Shown here: positions 12,820 through 26,889 of the stretch, piece by piece
How positions within the stretch are numbered: the stretch's first letter is position 1
Layout: each line of letters begins with the position of its first letter
Assembly (NCBI GenBank): GCA_026770705.1
Contig: JANJGN010000026.1
Coordinates: 31,372,001 to 31,436,000 of the forward strand
Direction: 5' to 3'
DNA: 64,000 bases
Origin: Isurus oxyrinchus
Taxonomy: Eukaryota
The notes under the pieces: generated by a model
The model's input: only the letters and a program-made list of their open reading frames with translations
Told to the model about the DNA's origin: nothing
Database searches by the model: none
Position numbers and translations under genes: made by a program

Positions 12820-13970
12820 CACAGAATCACATAATCTTAACGGCACAGGTGGAGGCCATTCAGCCTATCATGCTTGCACCGGCTCTCCAAATGAGCATTA
12901 TGACCTGGTCCCATTGTCCTGCCTTTTCCCCTTACCTGTGCACATTGTTTCTATTTAAATAACATCTAATGCCCCCTTGAATGCTTCGATTGAACCTGCC
13001 TTCACCACACTTCCAGACAGTGCATTCCAGACCCGAACCACTCATTGTGTGAAAAAGCTTTTTCTCACGTCACATTTGGTTCTTTAGCAAATCACTTTAA
13101 ATCTGTGCCCTCTTGCACTTGATCGTTTTACGAGTGGGAACAGTTTCTCCCTTTCTACTCTGTCCAGCTCCGTCATGATTTTGAAAACTTCATCAAGTCT
13201 CCTCGAAGCATTCTCCTCACCATGGAAAACCATCCCAACCTCTTCAATCTAGCCTCAAAGCTGAAGTTCCTCATCCTTGGGAGCATTAATGTAAACCTCT
13301 TCTGCATTCTCTCCAAAGTGTTCACATCCTTCCTATAATATGGTACCCAGGACGCTACACAATATTCCAGCTGAGGTCTAACGAGGGTCTTAAATAAATT
13401 CAGCATAACTTCCCTGCACTTGTACTCTATGTCCCTATTAATAGAACTCCCGATACTATATGCGTTATTAACTGCCATCTCCATCTATCTTTCCACCTTC
13501 AATGGTCTATGCACATATATTTCCAAGTTTTTCTGCTCGTGAACACCTTCAAAATTCCACCCCTTATTTTATATTGCCTGTCCATGTTCTTCTTACCAAA
13601 ATGCATCACCTCACACTTCTCCACATTGAACTTCATCTGCCACCTATCTGTTCACTCCCTCAACTTGTCTGTGTCCTCTTGAAGTTCCACACCATCCTCC
13701 TCATAGTTCACAACACTCTCTAGCTTCGTATCAATCGCAAACCTCGAAATTGTCCCCTGCACACCAAGATCTAGATCGTAAATATATATCAGGAAAAGCA
13801 AGTGTCCGATTTCGGACCGCAGGAAAACTCCACTCCAAACGTTACTCCAGCCCGAAAAGCATCCATCGACCATTACTTTCTGCTTCCTATTTTTCAGCCA
13901 ATTTTGTATCCATGTCGCTACTGTCCCTTTTATTTCATGAGCAATAACTTTTCTCACAAGTCGGTTGTGA
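12820..13970 (-). mobile_element. CR1 LINE 3' fragment
   Basis: Minus-strand ORFs WIQNWLKNRKQKV..FAIDTKL and KTLVRPQLEYCVASWVPYYRKD. Confidence 0.9.
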
Positions 13971-14229
13971 GATGAATCCTAATATAATACAAATGGAGAC
14001 TGTGCAATGCAACAGCAGCTCAGGAATTGTCACTTGCAGTATATATAGAGGCACGGCTATGTGCATTAATAAATGAAGCATCATATAATGTAACATAAAC
14101 AGAGACATAGTCTAGTGCAGTAATAACTGAGAAAGGGTCAGTTTTAGTGTATGTTGAGGCATGGTCCAGTGCATTAATAAGTTACATAACAGATAGCGTT
14201 ATATACACAGATACAGTGCTGAGAGAAAG

Positions 14230-14920
14230 ATAAAAGGAGAAATGGTAAGTAATTGGGAAAACTAATAGAATGTTATAAGTTATTGTGAGGGGAATTGAAT
14301 ACAAATGTACAGAAGTTATGTTTCAGCTATACAGGGCACCAGTGAGACCATGTTTGGTGGACTGTGTACTGTATTGGTCACCTTATTTAAGGAAGGATGT
14401 AAATGTGTTGTAAGAGGTACAGAGAAGGTTTATTAGACTAATACTTGGAATGGGTGGGTTGTCCAATGAGGAATAGTTGGACAAGCTAGGCTTATGTCTT
14501 CTGGGGATTAGAAAGGTAAGTGGCGACTTGACTGAAACATATAGGATCCTGAGTGGTCTTGACAGGCTGGATGTGGAGAGGATGTATCCTCTTATGGGAG
14601 AATCTAGAACTATGGGGCCACTGTTTAAAAATAAGTGATCGCCCATGTGAGACGGAGATGAGGTGAATGTTTTTCACTCTCAGGGTCGTGAGTCTTTGGG
14701 ACTCTCTTCCTAAAAAGGCAGTGGAAGCAGAGCCTTTGAATATTTTTAAGGCAGAGGTGGATAGATTCTTGGTAAGAAAGGGATTGATAGGTTACCTGGG
14801 ATAGGTCGGGTTCAGATTTCAACTTACTATCAGATCAACAATGATTTTACTAAATGGCAGAACAGCCTTGAGGGGTTGAATGGCCTACTTCTGCTCCTTG
14901 TTCATATGCTCGTATGTTCG
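14230..14920 (+). mobile_element. CR1 LINE 3' fragment
   Basis: Decayed YRAPVRP..WSPYLRKD coding and the typical 3' UTR GAATGGCCTACTTCTGCTCC..TATGTTCG. Confidence 0.85.
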
Positions 14921-15489
14921 TGTGGTCCATACAGTCATAACTAAGACAAGGTCATCAGGCCATAGGCAATTATCACTGAAGAACGTTACAGTGTAAAATA
15001 ATGAAACACAAGTTGCAGTGAAATATAATTCGGACATGGTTGTACTACAGTACGAACTGAAAGGATAATTGGAGTGTCCACAGAAGCGTGGCATAATATA
15101 AAAAAAGCTGACACAAGATCTAATAATATAAACTGTGGCAGGGCCAGGTGCACTGATAACTGGGAAAGGAGCAATTGCAGCACAAATAGAGATATGGACA
15201 ACTGCAGTAATAAATAAGATAGGACACATTGTACGAAAGTTCATCAATAGTGCAACAATAACTAAAACAGAGTGCAGTATAAAATTTATAGCTGCAGCTG
15301 AGGTTGCGAAATAAATTGAACCAGAGGTGTTTTGGAATTACTAAAACTAAGATAAACTGACATAAACTGAGGCAAGGCTTAGTGCAGTGACTGCTGTTAC
15401 AGGGTCTCGATTATTAGAAACTGAGATAGGGTCTAATGCAATGTTTACTGATACGGGGTCTAGATTAATATAAAACCAGAAAATTCGGG

Positions 15490-16250
15490 AAAAACACCAT
15501 CCCATTCTCTCAGTTACTTCGCCTCCTTCACATTTGGTCCGATGATGCCACTTTCCAAAATGCCGCTTCTGACATGTCTTCCTTCTTCCTTAACTGAGGT
15601 TTCCGCACCTCCCCCCCTCCCCCACTTTGGTTGACAGAGCTGCTCTCATACCCACCTGTCCATCCTTGGCCTGCTGCAATGTTCCAACACAAACTGGAAG
15701 AACAGCACCTCATCTTCTGATTATACACTTAAAAGCCTTATTCATTTATTAATTGTTTTAGCCCAATTTTACCCTCTTTTCTTGTTCCTTTTCATACAGT
15801 TCTTCCCCAACCACCACCCCTCCACCAACCACAGCCCCCAAAAGGGCCAATTGTTACTTGTTCCATGTTGTTCTTTCACAGTGTGTTGACTCTGGTTCTG
15901 CTATTAACACACAATGCTTTCTTACCTTTATGCCACTATCAGCACCTTCTTTAGCCTTACCACTACCATTAACACTTCCTTAGCCTTTTTGCCCATGATT
16001 TTTGTCAGCATCACCTTACCCCTGCCTATCACGTGCCTTCTATCCAGCCTCACCTGCTCCATGCCGCTTAAACAGCATTAAGGTTGTCACATTTCCATTG
16101 TTCTTTAGCTCTGAGGAAAAGTCATACGGTCTTTAAATGTTAACTCTGCTTCTCTCCCCTCAGGTGGGTGAGACCTACTGAGATTTGCCATCATTTTATG
16201 CTCTCCTTTCAGACTTCCAGCATCTGCAGTATTTTACTTTTATCCCTTTT
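15490..16250 (+). mobile_element. Penelope-like element remnant
   Basis: KLEEQHLIF coding remnant and 3' end (..TTTCAGACTTCCAGCATCTGCAGTATTTT) shared with the copy at 59460-60340. Confidence 0.7.
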
Positions 16251-16279
16251 GACATAAATTAATAAAATGCCTTCAGCAG

Positions 16280-19200
16280 TGATCATTGCTACAAGGTCTA
16301 GGTTAATATAAGCTAAGGCAGGTGCGAGTGCAGTGATTACTCATACAGGTCTTGATTGATATAAACTGAGGCAGGGCATAGTGCAGTGATTACTGATATA
16401 GGGTCTAGATTGATACAAACTGAGGGAGGCCATAGTATAGTGATCACTGATACAGGACTGAGATGAATATAAACCAGGACAAGTGATTGGGCAATGATTC
16501 CTGATACAAGATGTAGATCATATAAGCTGAGACAGTGTCCATTGCAATGATAACTGTTACAGGGTCCATATCAATATGAACTGAGATAGGGTCTAGTGTA
16601 GTGAATGCTGATAAACTGAGTGAGGCCTATTACAGTGATTCCTGATACAGTGTTTAGATTAAAATAAACTGAGACCGGGTCAAGTGTAGTGATAACGGAT
16701 ACAGGGTCTGGGTTGATATAATCTGAGGCAAGGTATAGTCTGGTGTTTACTGATACATGGTTAGCACTAATATAAACTGAGACAGCATCTAAAGCAGTGA
16801 TTACTGATACAGGGCCTATATCAATTTAAACTGAGACAGAGTCTAATGCACTGATTACTGATACAGGGCCAAAATTAACAAAATTGAGACAGGGTCTAGT
16901 GCAGTGATTACTGATACAGGGTCTTTAATAATATAAACTGAGACAGTTGCTTGTGCTGTCATTTCTGGAACAGGGTCTTGACTAATAAAAATGGAGACGG
17001 GGCCCAGTGCAGTGATTACTGGTAAAGGGTCTACGTTAATGTGAAGGGATGCAGGGCCAACTGCGGTGATTACTGATACAGGATCTAGCTTAATATAAAC
17101 TGATTCAGCGCCTAGTGAAGTGATTTCTGACACAGGCTCTAGATTAATATGAAGTGAGACAGGCTCTTCTGCAGCGATTACTGTTACTGGGTCTAGATTG
17201 ATAAAAACTGAGGCAGGGCCAAGTGCAGTGATTAATGATACAGGCTCAAGATTAATATAAACAGATACAGGGTCTAGTGCAGTGATTACACATACAAGAT
17301 ATAGACCAATATAAACCAAGTTAAGGTGTAGTGCACTTATTACTGATACAGGGCCCAGAGAAATATAAAATAGGAGAGGGGCTAATGCAGTGATGACTGA
17401 TACATGGTCTATCTTAACATAAACTGAGACAGAGTCTACTGCAGTGATTGCTGATATGGGGTCTAGATTAATTTAAACTAAGACAGAGCATAGTGAAGTG
17501 ATTACTGTTACGAGGTCTTGATCAATATAAACTGAGACAGGGTCCATTGTAGTGATCATTGAAACCTGGTCTAAATTAATACAAATTTAATAGGGTCTAT
17601 TGCTGTGGTTAATGATACAGGGTCTAGATCAATTTAAACTGAGACAGGGTCTAGTGCATTGATTACTGATACAGAGTCAAAATTAACATAAGTGAGATAG
17701 GGTCTAGTGCGGTGATTACTGATACAGCGTCTAGATTAACATAAATTGAGGCAGGTTCTAGTGCAGTAATTAGTGATACAGGGACTAGATTAATATAAAC
17801 TGAGACTGGCTCTAGTGCAGAGATAACTGATACAGGGTCATGATCAACATTAACCGAGACAGGGTCTAGTGCACTGATTACTGATTCATGGTCTAGATTG
17901 ATTTAAAAAAAACTGAGGCAGGGCCTAGTGCAGTGATTACTGATACAGGGTCTAGGTTGATATAAATGGAGGCAGGGCCTAGTGCTGTGATTACTGATAC
18001 AGGATCTAGACTAATATAAACTGAGATAGGGTCTCGTGCACTGATTACTTGTGCAGTGTTTAGGCTAATATGAACTGAGACAGGGCATTGTACAGTGATT
18101 ACTGATAGAGGGCCTGTATAAATATTAACTAGAACAGGGCTAGTGCAGTGTTAATGATACAGGGTCTGGACTAATAGAAATTGAGACAGGGCCCAATGCA
18201 ATGATTGCTGATACAGGCTCTAGATTAATATAAACTGAGGCAGGGCCTAATGCAGTGATTACTGATACAGGATATATGTTGATATAAGCTGTGACAGGGT
18301 ATACTGCAGTGATTACCTATACAGGGCCCAGATAAACATAAGCCAAGACAGGGGCTTGTGCAGTGATTACTGATACAGGGTCTAGATCAATATAAACTGA
18401 GACAGGGCCTAAAACAATGATTATTACAGAGGGTCTTGATTAATATAAAAGGAAAGAGGGCCTTCTGCAGTGATTACTGAGACAGGGTCTAGATTGAAAT
18501 AAACTGAGGCAGGCAATAGTGAAGTGTTTACTGATTCAGGGTCCAGATCAATATACACTAGGACATGGGTTAGCGCAGTAATTACTGATACAGGGTCTAG
18601 ATCAACATACACTGAGACAGTGTCTATTGCAGTGATTACTGATACAGGGTCCAGATTAATATAAGCTGAGACAAGCCCTAGTTCCATATTTAATGATACA
18701 GGATCTGGACTAATATAAGCTGAGACAGGCTCGAGTGAAGAGATAACTGATATAGAGCCTAGATCAATATTAACTGAGACAGGGCCTAGTGCACTGATTA
18801 TTGATATAGGGTCTAGATTAACATAAACTGAGAGAGCATAGTGCCACGATTACTAACATAGGGCCTAGATTGATATAAACTGATACAGAGCATAGAGCAA
18901 TGAATGCTGATAAAGGTTCTAGATTAATAGAAACTGAGACAGGGTCTGGTGCAGTGATTACTAAGACAGTGTGTTTATTAATATAAACTGAGACAGGCTC
19001 TATTTCAATGATTACTGATAGAGGGCCTGGGTGAATATAAACTGAGGCCATGTCCAGTGCAGTGATTACTGACACAGGGTCTAGGTCAATATAAACTGAG
19101 ACAGTCCCATTGAAATGATTCCTGATGCAGGGTGTAGATGATAAAAACTGAGGCAGGGCATAGTGCAATGATTACTGATACAGGGTCTAGATTAATATAA

Positions 19201-22200
19201 TCTAGACAGGGTCCAATGCAGTGATTACTGACACAGGATCTTGATTAATATAAACTGATACAGGGCCAAGCGCAGTGATTAACGATACAGGGTCTTGATT
19301 TATATAAACTGAGGCAGGGTATGGTGCCGTGATTACTGATACAGGGCCTAGATTAATAGAGAATGAGACAGGGCAAAGTGCAATGATTACTGATACAGGG
19401 TCTAGATTTCTATAAACTGGGGCAGGTCATAGCACAGTGAATACTGATACAGGGATTAGATTCATACAGACTGGGACAGGATCTGAGGCAGTGATTACTG
19501 ATACAGAGACTAGATCAAAATAAAATGACACTGTGTCCAGGGCAGTGATTACTGATACAGGGTCTTGACTAATACAAACTGAGACAGGGCCTAGTGCAAT
19601 GATTACCGATATAGGGTCCAGTTTAATATGAACTGAGAACTGAGACAGAGTATATTGTAGAGCTTACTGATGCATGGTGTGGACTACTATAAACTGAGTC
19701 TGGGTCTAGTGCAGAGAAATATGATGCAGGGCCGATGTCAACATTAACTGAGACAGGGTCCACTGCAATGGTTACTGATACCTGTGCCTTTATTAATATA
19801 AACTGAGAAGGTGTCCAGTGCAGTGATTAGTGACACAGGGTCTAGGTTAATATAAACTGAGTCAGGGCCTAGTGCAGTGATTACAGATATAGGGTTTAGA
19901 ATGATATAAACTGCAAGATGGCATTGTGCAGTGATTACTGATACAGCGTCTGGATTAATATAAACTGAGACGGGGTCTAGTGCAGTGATTACTGAAACAG
20001 GGTCTAGATTAATAGAAAATGATACAGGGGCAACTGCAGTGATTACTGATTTGGGCTCTAGGTTAAGATAAACAGAGACAGGGCCTAGGGCAGTGATTCC
20101 TGATACAGGGCCTTCACTAATATAAACTGAGACAGGTTCTATTGCAGAGACAACTGATACAGGGTCTAGAAAAACATTAACACTAGACAGGGTCTAGTGC
20201 AGTGATTACCGATACAGCGTCTTTATTAATATAAAATGAAAGAGGGTCTGCTGCAGTGATTAATGATACAGAGTCTAGCTTGAATTAAACTGAGGCAGGC
20301 CATTGTGCACTGATTACTGACACAGTATCTCGATTAATATAAAGTGATGCAGGGCCAAGCACAGCGATTACCAATACAGCGTCTCAATTTATATAAACTG
20401 AGGCAGGCCATTGTGCAATGATTCCTGACACAGGATCTTGATTAATATAAAGTGATGCAGGGCCAAGCACAGCGATTACCGATACAGGGTCTCGATTGAT
20501 ATAAACTGAGGCAGAGCATGGTGCAGTGATTACTAATACAGGGGCTAGATCAATATAAATTGAGATAGTGTCTTGTGCAGTGATTACTTATACAGGGCCC
20601 AGATAAATATAAGCCAGGGCAGGGGCTAGTGCAGTGATTACTGATGCAGGTTCTTGACTAATACAAACTGAGGCAGGGCCTAGTGCAGTGATTACCGATA
20701 AAGGGTCTAGGTTAATATGAACTGATAATTGAGACAGAGTATATTGCAGAGCTTACTGATGCATGGTGTGGACTACTATAAACTGAGTCTGGGTCTAGTG
20801 CAGAGAAATATGATGCAGGGCCGATGTCAGCATTAACTGAGACAGGGTCCAGTGCAATGGTTACTGTTACTGTTCCTTGATTAATATAAACTGAGAAGGT
20901 GTCCAGCACAGTGATTAGTGGCACATGGTCTAGGTTAATATAAACTGAGTCAGGGCCTAGTGCAGTGATTACAGATATAGGGTTTAGATTGATATAAACT
21001 GCAGGATGGCATTGTGCAGTAAATTCTGAAACAGGGTCTGGATTAACATAAACTGAGATGGAGTCTAGTGCAGTGATTACTGATACACGCTCTAGGTTAA
21101 GATAAACAGGGACAGGGCCTAGGGCAGTGATTCCTGATACAGGGCCTTCACTAATATAAACTGAGACAAGTTCTATTGCAGAGATAACTGATACAGGGTC
21201 TAGAACAACATTAACTGAGACAGGGTCTAGTGCAGTGATTACTGATACAGTCTAAATTAAGATAATCTGAGACAGGGCCTAGAGCAGTGATTAATTATAC
21301 AGGTTCTTAACTAACATAAAATGAAAGAGGGTCTCCTGCAGTGACTAAGGATACAGGGTCTAGTTTGAAATAAACTGAGGCAGGCCATTGTGCAGTGATT
21401 ACTGACACAGGATCTCGATTAATATAAACTGATGCAGGGCCAAGCACAATGATTACCAATACAGGGTCTCAATTGATATAACTTGAGGCAGGGCATGGTG
21501 CAGTGATTACTGATACAGAGTCTAGATTAATAGAAACTGAGGCACAGCCAAATGCAGTGACTACTGGTAAAGGGTCTAGATTTATTTAAACTGGGGCAGG
21601 GCATAGCCCAGTGAATACTGATACAGGGATGAGATTAATACAAACTGAGACAGGATCTGGGGCAGTGATTACTGATACAGGGACTAGATCAAAATAATCT
21701 GACACCATATCCAGGGCAGTGATTACTGATAAACGGGCCTGAACTAATGTAAACTGAGACAGGGCCAAGTGCAGTGATTACTGATACAGGGCCTTGACTA
21801 ATACAAACTGAGACAGGTCCTAGCGCAGTGATTACCGATACAGGGCCTAGATTAATATGAACTGAGAACTAAGATAGAGTATATTGCAGAGATTACTGAT
21901 GCATGATGTGAACTGCTATAAACTGAGTCTGGGTCTAGTGCAGAGAAATATGATGCAGGGCCGACATGAACATTAACTGAGACAGGGCCTAGTGCAGTGA
22001 TTACTGATACCAGTCTAGATTAATATAAACTGAGACAGGGCCTAGAGCAGTGATTAATTACACAGGGTCTTGATTAATATAAAATGAAAGCGGGTCTTCT
22101 GCAGTGATTACTGACACAGGATCTAGATCAATGTAAACTGTGACTGTGTCCATTGCAGTGATTATTGATACAGAGTCTCGATCAATGCAAGCTGATACAC

Positions 22201-23450
22201 TGTCTATTCCAGTGATTACTGACACATAACCTTGGTTAATGGAAACTGAGACAGGTTCCAGTGCCGTATTTACTGATACAGGATCTAGACTAATTTAAAC
22301 TGAGACAGGCTCGAGTTCAGAGATAACTGATATAGGGTCTAGATCAATATTAGCGGAGACAGGACCTACTGCACTGATTACTTATCCAGTGCCTAGGTTA
22401 ATATGAACTGAGATAGGGCCTAGTGCAGTGATTACTAATACAGGGTCTAGATTGATAAATACTGAGGTAGAGCATAGTGCAGTGATTACTGATAGAGTCT
22501 AGATTAATAGAAACTGAAAGAGGACCAAGTGCAGTGATTACTGATACAAGGTCTTGAGATATTAACTGAGACAAGGTCTAGTTCAGTGATTACTGATACA
22601 GGCTACAGATTAAAAGAAACTGAGGCAGGGCCTAGTGTAGTGATTACTGACACAGGATATAGATTAATACAATCTGATACAGGGCCAAATGCAGCGATTA
22701 CCGAAACTGGGTCTGGAGTAATAGAAACTGCAGCAGGGCATTGTACAGTGATTACTGATACAGGGTCTAGATTAATAGAAATTGAGACAAGGTCCAGTGC
22801 TGTGTTTACTGATACATGGTCCTGATCAATATAAACTCAGACAATGACCAGTGCAGTGATGACTGATACAGGGTCTAAATTGATATAAACTGAGGCAGTA
22901 CATTGCACAGTGATTACTGATACAAGTCTAGGTTAGTATAATCTGGACAGGCTCTAGTGCAGTGATTACTGATACAGGATCTTCATTAATATAAACTGAG
23001 ACAGGCTCTACTGCAGTGATTACTGATATAAGGTCTAAATTGATATAGACTGTGACAGGGTCTAGTATAGTGATTACTGATATAGGGCCAAGATTAATAT
23101 AAACTGAGACAGGATCTAGTGAGTTATTACTGACAAAGGGACTATATTAATGTTTAATGAGAAAGGGTCTAATGCACTGATTACTAATGCAGCATCTAGA
23201 TTTTTATAAGCTGTGACAGGATCCAATGCAGTTATTACTGACATAGGGTTTAGATTGATATAAACTGAGGCAGTGCATAGTGCAGTGATTACTGATACAA
23301 GGTCTAGATTAATAGAAACTGAGACAGGGCCAAGTGCATTGATTACTGATACAGGCTCTAGGTTAAGATAAACTGAGACAGGGTGTGGTGCAGTGATTAC
23401 TGATGAATGATCTGGACTAACAAAGTGAGACAGGGCCAAGTGCAAGAATT
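16280..23450 (+). repeat. 7-kb satellite array, 54-bp unit made of two diverged 27-bp subunits
   Basis: Consensus ACAGGGTCTAG-TGCAGTGATTACTGAT-ACAGGGTCTAG-ATTAATATAAACTGAG; about 130 units by length. Confidence 0.95.
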
Positions 23451-24649
23451 ACTTCATCAGTGGCACCCATATCCCAAGAATGAATTAAAGCGCTGCAAAA
23501 TACTACAGATTCTGGAAATGTAAAGCAAAACAAAAAAAAACACACTTAGCAGGCCTGTGGGCATCAGTTCGGAGAGAAACAGATCAAATTTTCAGGTAGA
23601 TGGCAGGTGCAAAATATCCCTTGGTACCTTCTTGAGAGCAGGACTGTTCGCCCCACTATCCCAGACCAATATTCATTCTTCAACTAAAATCACATATTAT
23701 CTGGTCATTTTTCACAGCTCTATTCGTGGGATCTTGCTGTGTACAAATCACCAGATGCATTTCCAACATCACAGCAGTGTCTAAACTTCAACAAAACTAC
23801 ATCAACGAGTTTTAAGGATCATGAGCATCATTCTATAAATGCAAATTATTTCTAAATGTTAACATTTTAAAATGATAGTTGCAATATGTTGAAAACTCAG
23901 AGATTAAAAATTATTGTAGGTCAGTCCTCTGGCTGCCGTTTTAACTTGTCCAGTTTAAAAGGGTTAAATCTTCAATCAAATTGACATTTAGTGGACTCCC
24001 AGCTAGATGAAAGATTGTGATAGTAGATCTTTTGGAATTAAATTCTTAATTTAAATGTATTTTTGTTTATTTGAAATAAATAGTGTTCTTATGGATGTTG
24101 AAGTTTCCATTCATTTTGTACCAACTGTCAATATTCTTAAAATAAAACCTTGTTTTGAGTTGAAACCAATCAATAAGTGTCTGTGTTTATCTGTTTTTGC
24201 TGCCATGAACACTTCATTGAAACCAGTGAGGCATTTATGTAAATAAACACGGAAATAGAAGTCCTAGATTAGATTCTGGAGAGACACATACACAGCAAAT
24301 ATTTCCCCACCAACACAGAAATAGAGCCAAACATGCAAATACATCAACCGATTCCAGTTTTTTTGAGCAATTTTAAAATTAGTTATATGAGCATTATGTC
24401 ACGATGATATCCATGTTCATAATTAAGATAGACTCCCACTTATCATGAAATATAATGGCACGGCAAATGTGTTTGTAGAGATTTCCTGTACCCTCTCCCT
24501 CTCTCTCTCTGTCTCTTTCTCTTATTTGGTTCTTTGTCTTGTCTCTCCACCATGGGTCATTGCCCTTCCTCCACAACATGAAGTCAATGTCTAGCCAATG
24601 TATTCTCTCGGCACGATTTATGCACTTTAACCTAAATGGATCAAATGAA

Positions 24650-25160
24650 ATGGATTAGAATCCGTAGAGGGAACTTTATTCTAAATCTGTTTTGAGCATT
24701 CAATGACCTGGGAGTGCTTGAAGGGGAAACTTTACCCTGTATCTAACCTGTGTTGCACCCAGTAGCGAGGATCTGATGTCGCAATGCCGAAAGATCTTTC
24801 CCTGTATCTAACCTGTGCTGTCCCGGCCTTTGGAGTGTTTGATGGGACAGTGTAGACTGGGACAATTTCACTCTGAATCTAACCCGTGCTATACCTGCCT
24901 TAGGAGTTTTTCATGTGGCAATGTAGAGGGAGCTTTACATTATTAATGTAGTCCCATGCTACACCTGACCTGGGAATGTTTAACGGAGTCGCAGGCCCTG
25001 TCTCTGCATTACACTAGGCCGTGTCTAACCGCATTTTACCAGTGCTGGGCCTTCCCTGGGAGTATTTAATACGGCAATGTAGAGGGAGCTTTAAATTCTG
25101 TGCCTCGCCCCATGCTGCACCTACCCTGGGAGTGTTTGATGGGACAGTAGGCCCGGTGTC
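24650..25160 (+). repeat. ~65-70-bp tandem repeat
   Basis: GTAGAGGGAGCTTTAC..TCTAACCCGTGCT..CCTGGGAGTGTTTGATGGGACAGT units; isolated copies near 41600 (+), 51550 (-) and 55600 (-). Confidence 0.75.
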
Positions 25161-25189
25161 AATATTGCACTCGACCATGACCCTGCCCG

Positions 25190-25700
25190 TGTTAATCTTA
25201 CAATAGACCCTGTCTGTGTTTGCATTACACTAGGCCCTGTCTCAGTTTATATTACGATCGCCATATCTCTGTTCATACAGCACGTGACGCTGACTCTCTT
25301 TATACTACACTGGATTCTGTCTGTTTGTATTTCACTAGGCCCTGTCCCTGTTTATTTCACACTCAAATATTTCTGTTTATATTATACTCGGCATGTCTCT
25401 GTTTATACTGCATTAGACGCTGTTCTTGTTTATATTAAACTAGAGCTGGTCTGTGTTTATAATACACTAGACGCTACCTCTGTTTATATTACATTGGACC
25501 CTGCTTCTGTTTATATTACTCTAGATCCTGTCTTTGCTTCTGTTAAACAAGGCCTTGTCTCTTTATATTACACTTGACATGTCTCTGTATACATTTATCT
25601 AGACCTGGCTCTGTATTGAAATAGGCGTTGCCTCAGTTCTGCGCTACATCATGCTTGCATTTAAATTCCATTAGACCCGGCCTCAGTTATTACTGCACTG
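25190..25700 (-). repeat. 27-bp satellite, inverted orientation
   Basis: TATATTACACTAGACCCTGTCTCTGTT-type units. Confidence 0.8.
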
Positions 25701-25834
25701 CACAACCCCAATAATGTGGAAACTGGTTGGGGTGGAAATGGTGATGATCAGACATCATGATGGTGGGAACGTTAATGATGCAAAAAATCTTTCGAAAACA
25801 ATTATCATGGGTGCCTATTTAGACGTCGTGACCT

Positions 25835-26620
25835 GCACTTTGTAGGAAGAATAGAGGCAAAGAGTATTGTCTAAATGGGAGGATAATTCAGAAATCTGGA
25901 GTGCAAAGGGACCTTGGAGTCCTAGTCCAGGATTCTATTAAGGTTAACTTGCAGGTTGAGTCGGTAGTTAGGAAGGCAAATACAATGTTGGCATTTATTT
26001 CAAGAGGACTAGAATATAAAAGCAAGGATGTGCTGCTGAGGATTTATAAGGCTATGGTCAGACCACATTTAGAATATTGTGACCAATTTTGGGCCTCGTA
26101 TCTCAGGAAAGATGTGCTGACCCTGGAGAGGGTCCTGAGGACGTTCACAAGAATGATCCCAGGAATGAAAGGCTTAACATATGAGGAAGATTTGAGGACT
26201 CTGGGTCTATACTCGATGGAGTTTAGAAGGATGAGGGGGAATCTGATTGAAACTTACAGAATACTGAAAGACCTGGATAGAGTGCACATGGGGAAGATGT
26301 TTCCGTTCGTAGGAGAGACTAGGCACAGCCTCAGGGTAAAGGGAAGGCCTTTTAGAACAGAGATGAGGAGAAATATTTTTAGCCAGAGAGTGGTGAATCT
26401 ATGGAACTCGTTTCCACAGAAGGCTGTGGAGGCCAGGTCTTTGAGTTATTTTGAGGCCGAGATAGATAGGTTTTTGATTGGTAAGGGGATCAAAGGTTAC
26501 AGAGAGAAGGTGGGAGAATGGGGGTTGAGAAACTTGTCAGCCATGATTGAATGGTGGAGCAGACTCGATGGACTGAATGGCCTAATTTCTGCTCCTATGT
26601 CTTATGCTCTTATAGTCTTG
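25835..26620 (+). mobile_element. CR1 LINE 3' fragment, relatively intact
   Basis: 262-aa ORF QRDLGVLV..MVRPHLEYCDQFWASYLRKD..FSQRVVNLWNS; 3' tail TCCTATGTCTTATG. Confidence 0.92.
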
Positions 26621-26889
26621 TCTTCCCTGCATCCCAGATTTGTGTTCATAAGCCACAGATCTCTCTTATCTAGCAGCTGTTTAAATTAAAGCATTTAATG
26701 CCTATTTCCAGGGTCTACAGCAATAACACAAGGGAATCTACTAATGTAACATAAACAGAGGACAATAACATAAATAACTGAGACAGGGTCTAGTGTTACA
26801 GAACTATGGACCAGAGCAGTAACAACGAGACAGGCCCAGTGTAATATGAACAGAGACATGGTGGAGTGCAGCAATATTGACACCAGATG

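Noticed and set aside
16855-23445. Several ORFs with 9/18-aa periodicity (VITALDPVSVYINLDPVS)
   Set aside because: Consequence of the 27/54-bp unit length; frames are broken by frequent stops and indels.
16280-23450. CRISPR-like repeat/spacer appearance
   Set aside because: The 'spacers' are two alternating conserved 16-mers rather than unique sequences; vertebrate DNA, no cas genes.
23839-24340. Two ATGCAAAT octamers (23839, 24333)
   Set aside because: No leader or V exon nearby; AT-rich context makes chance occurrence likely.
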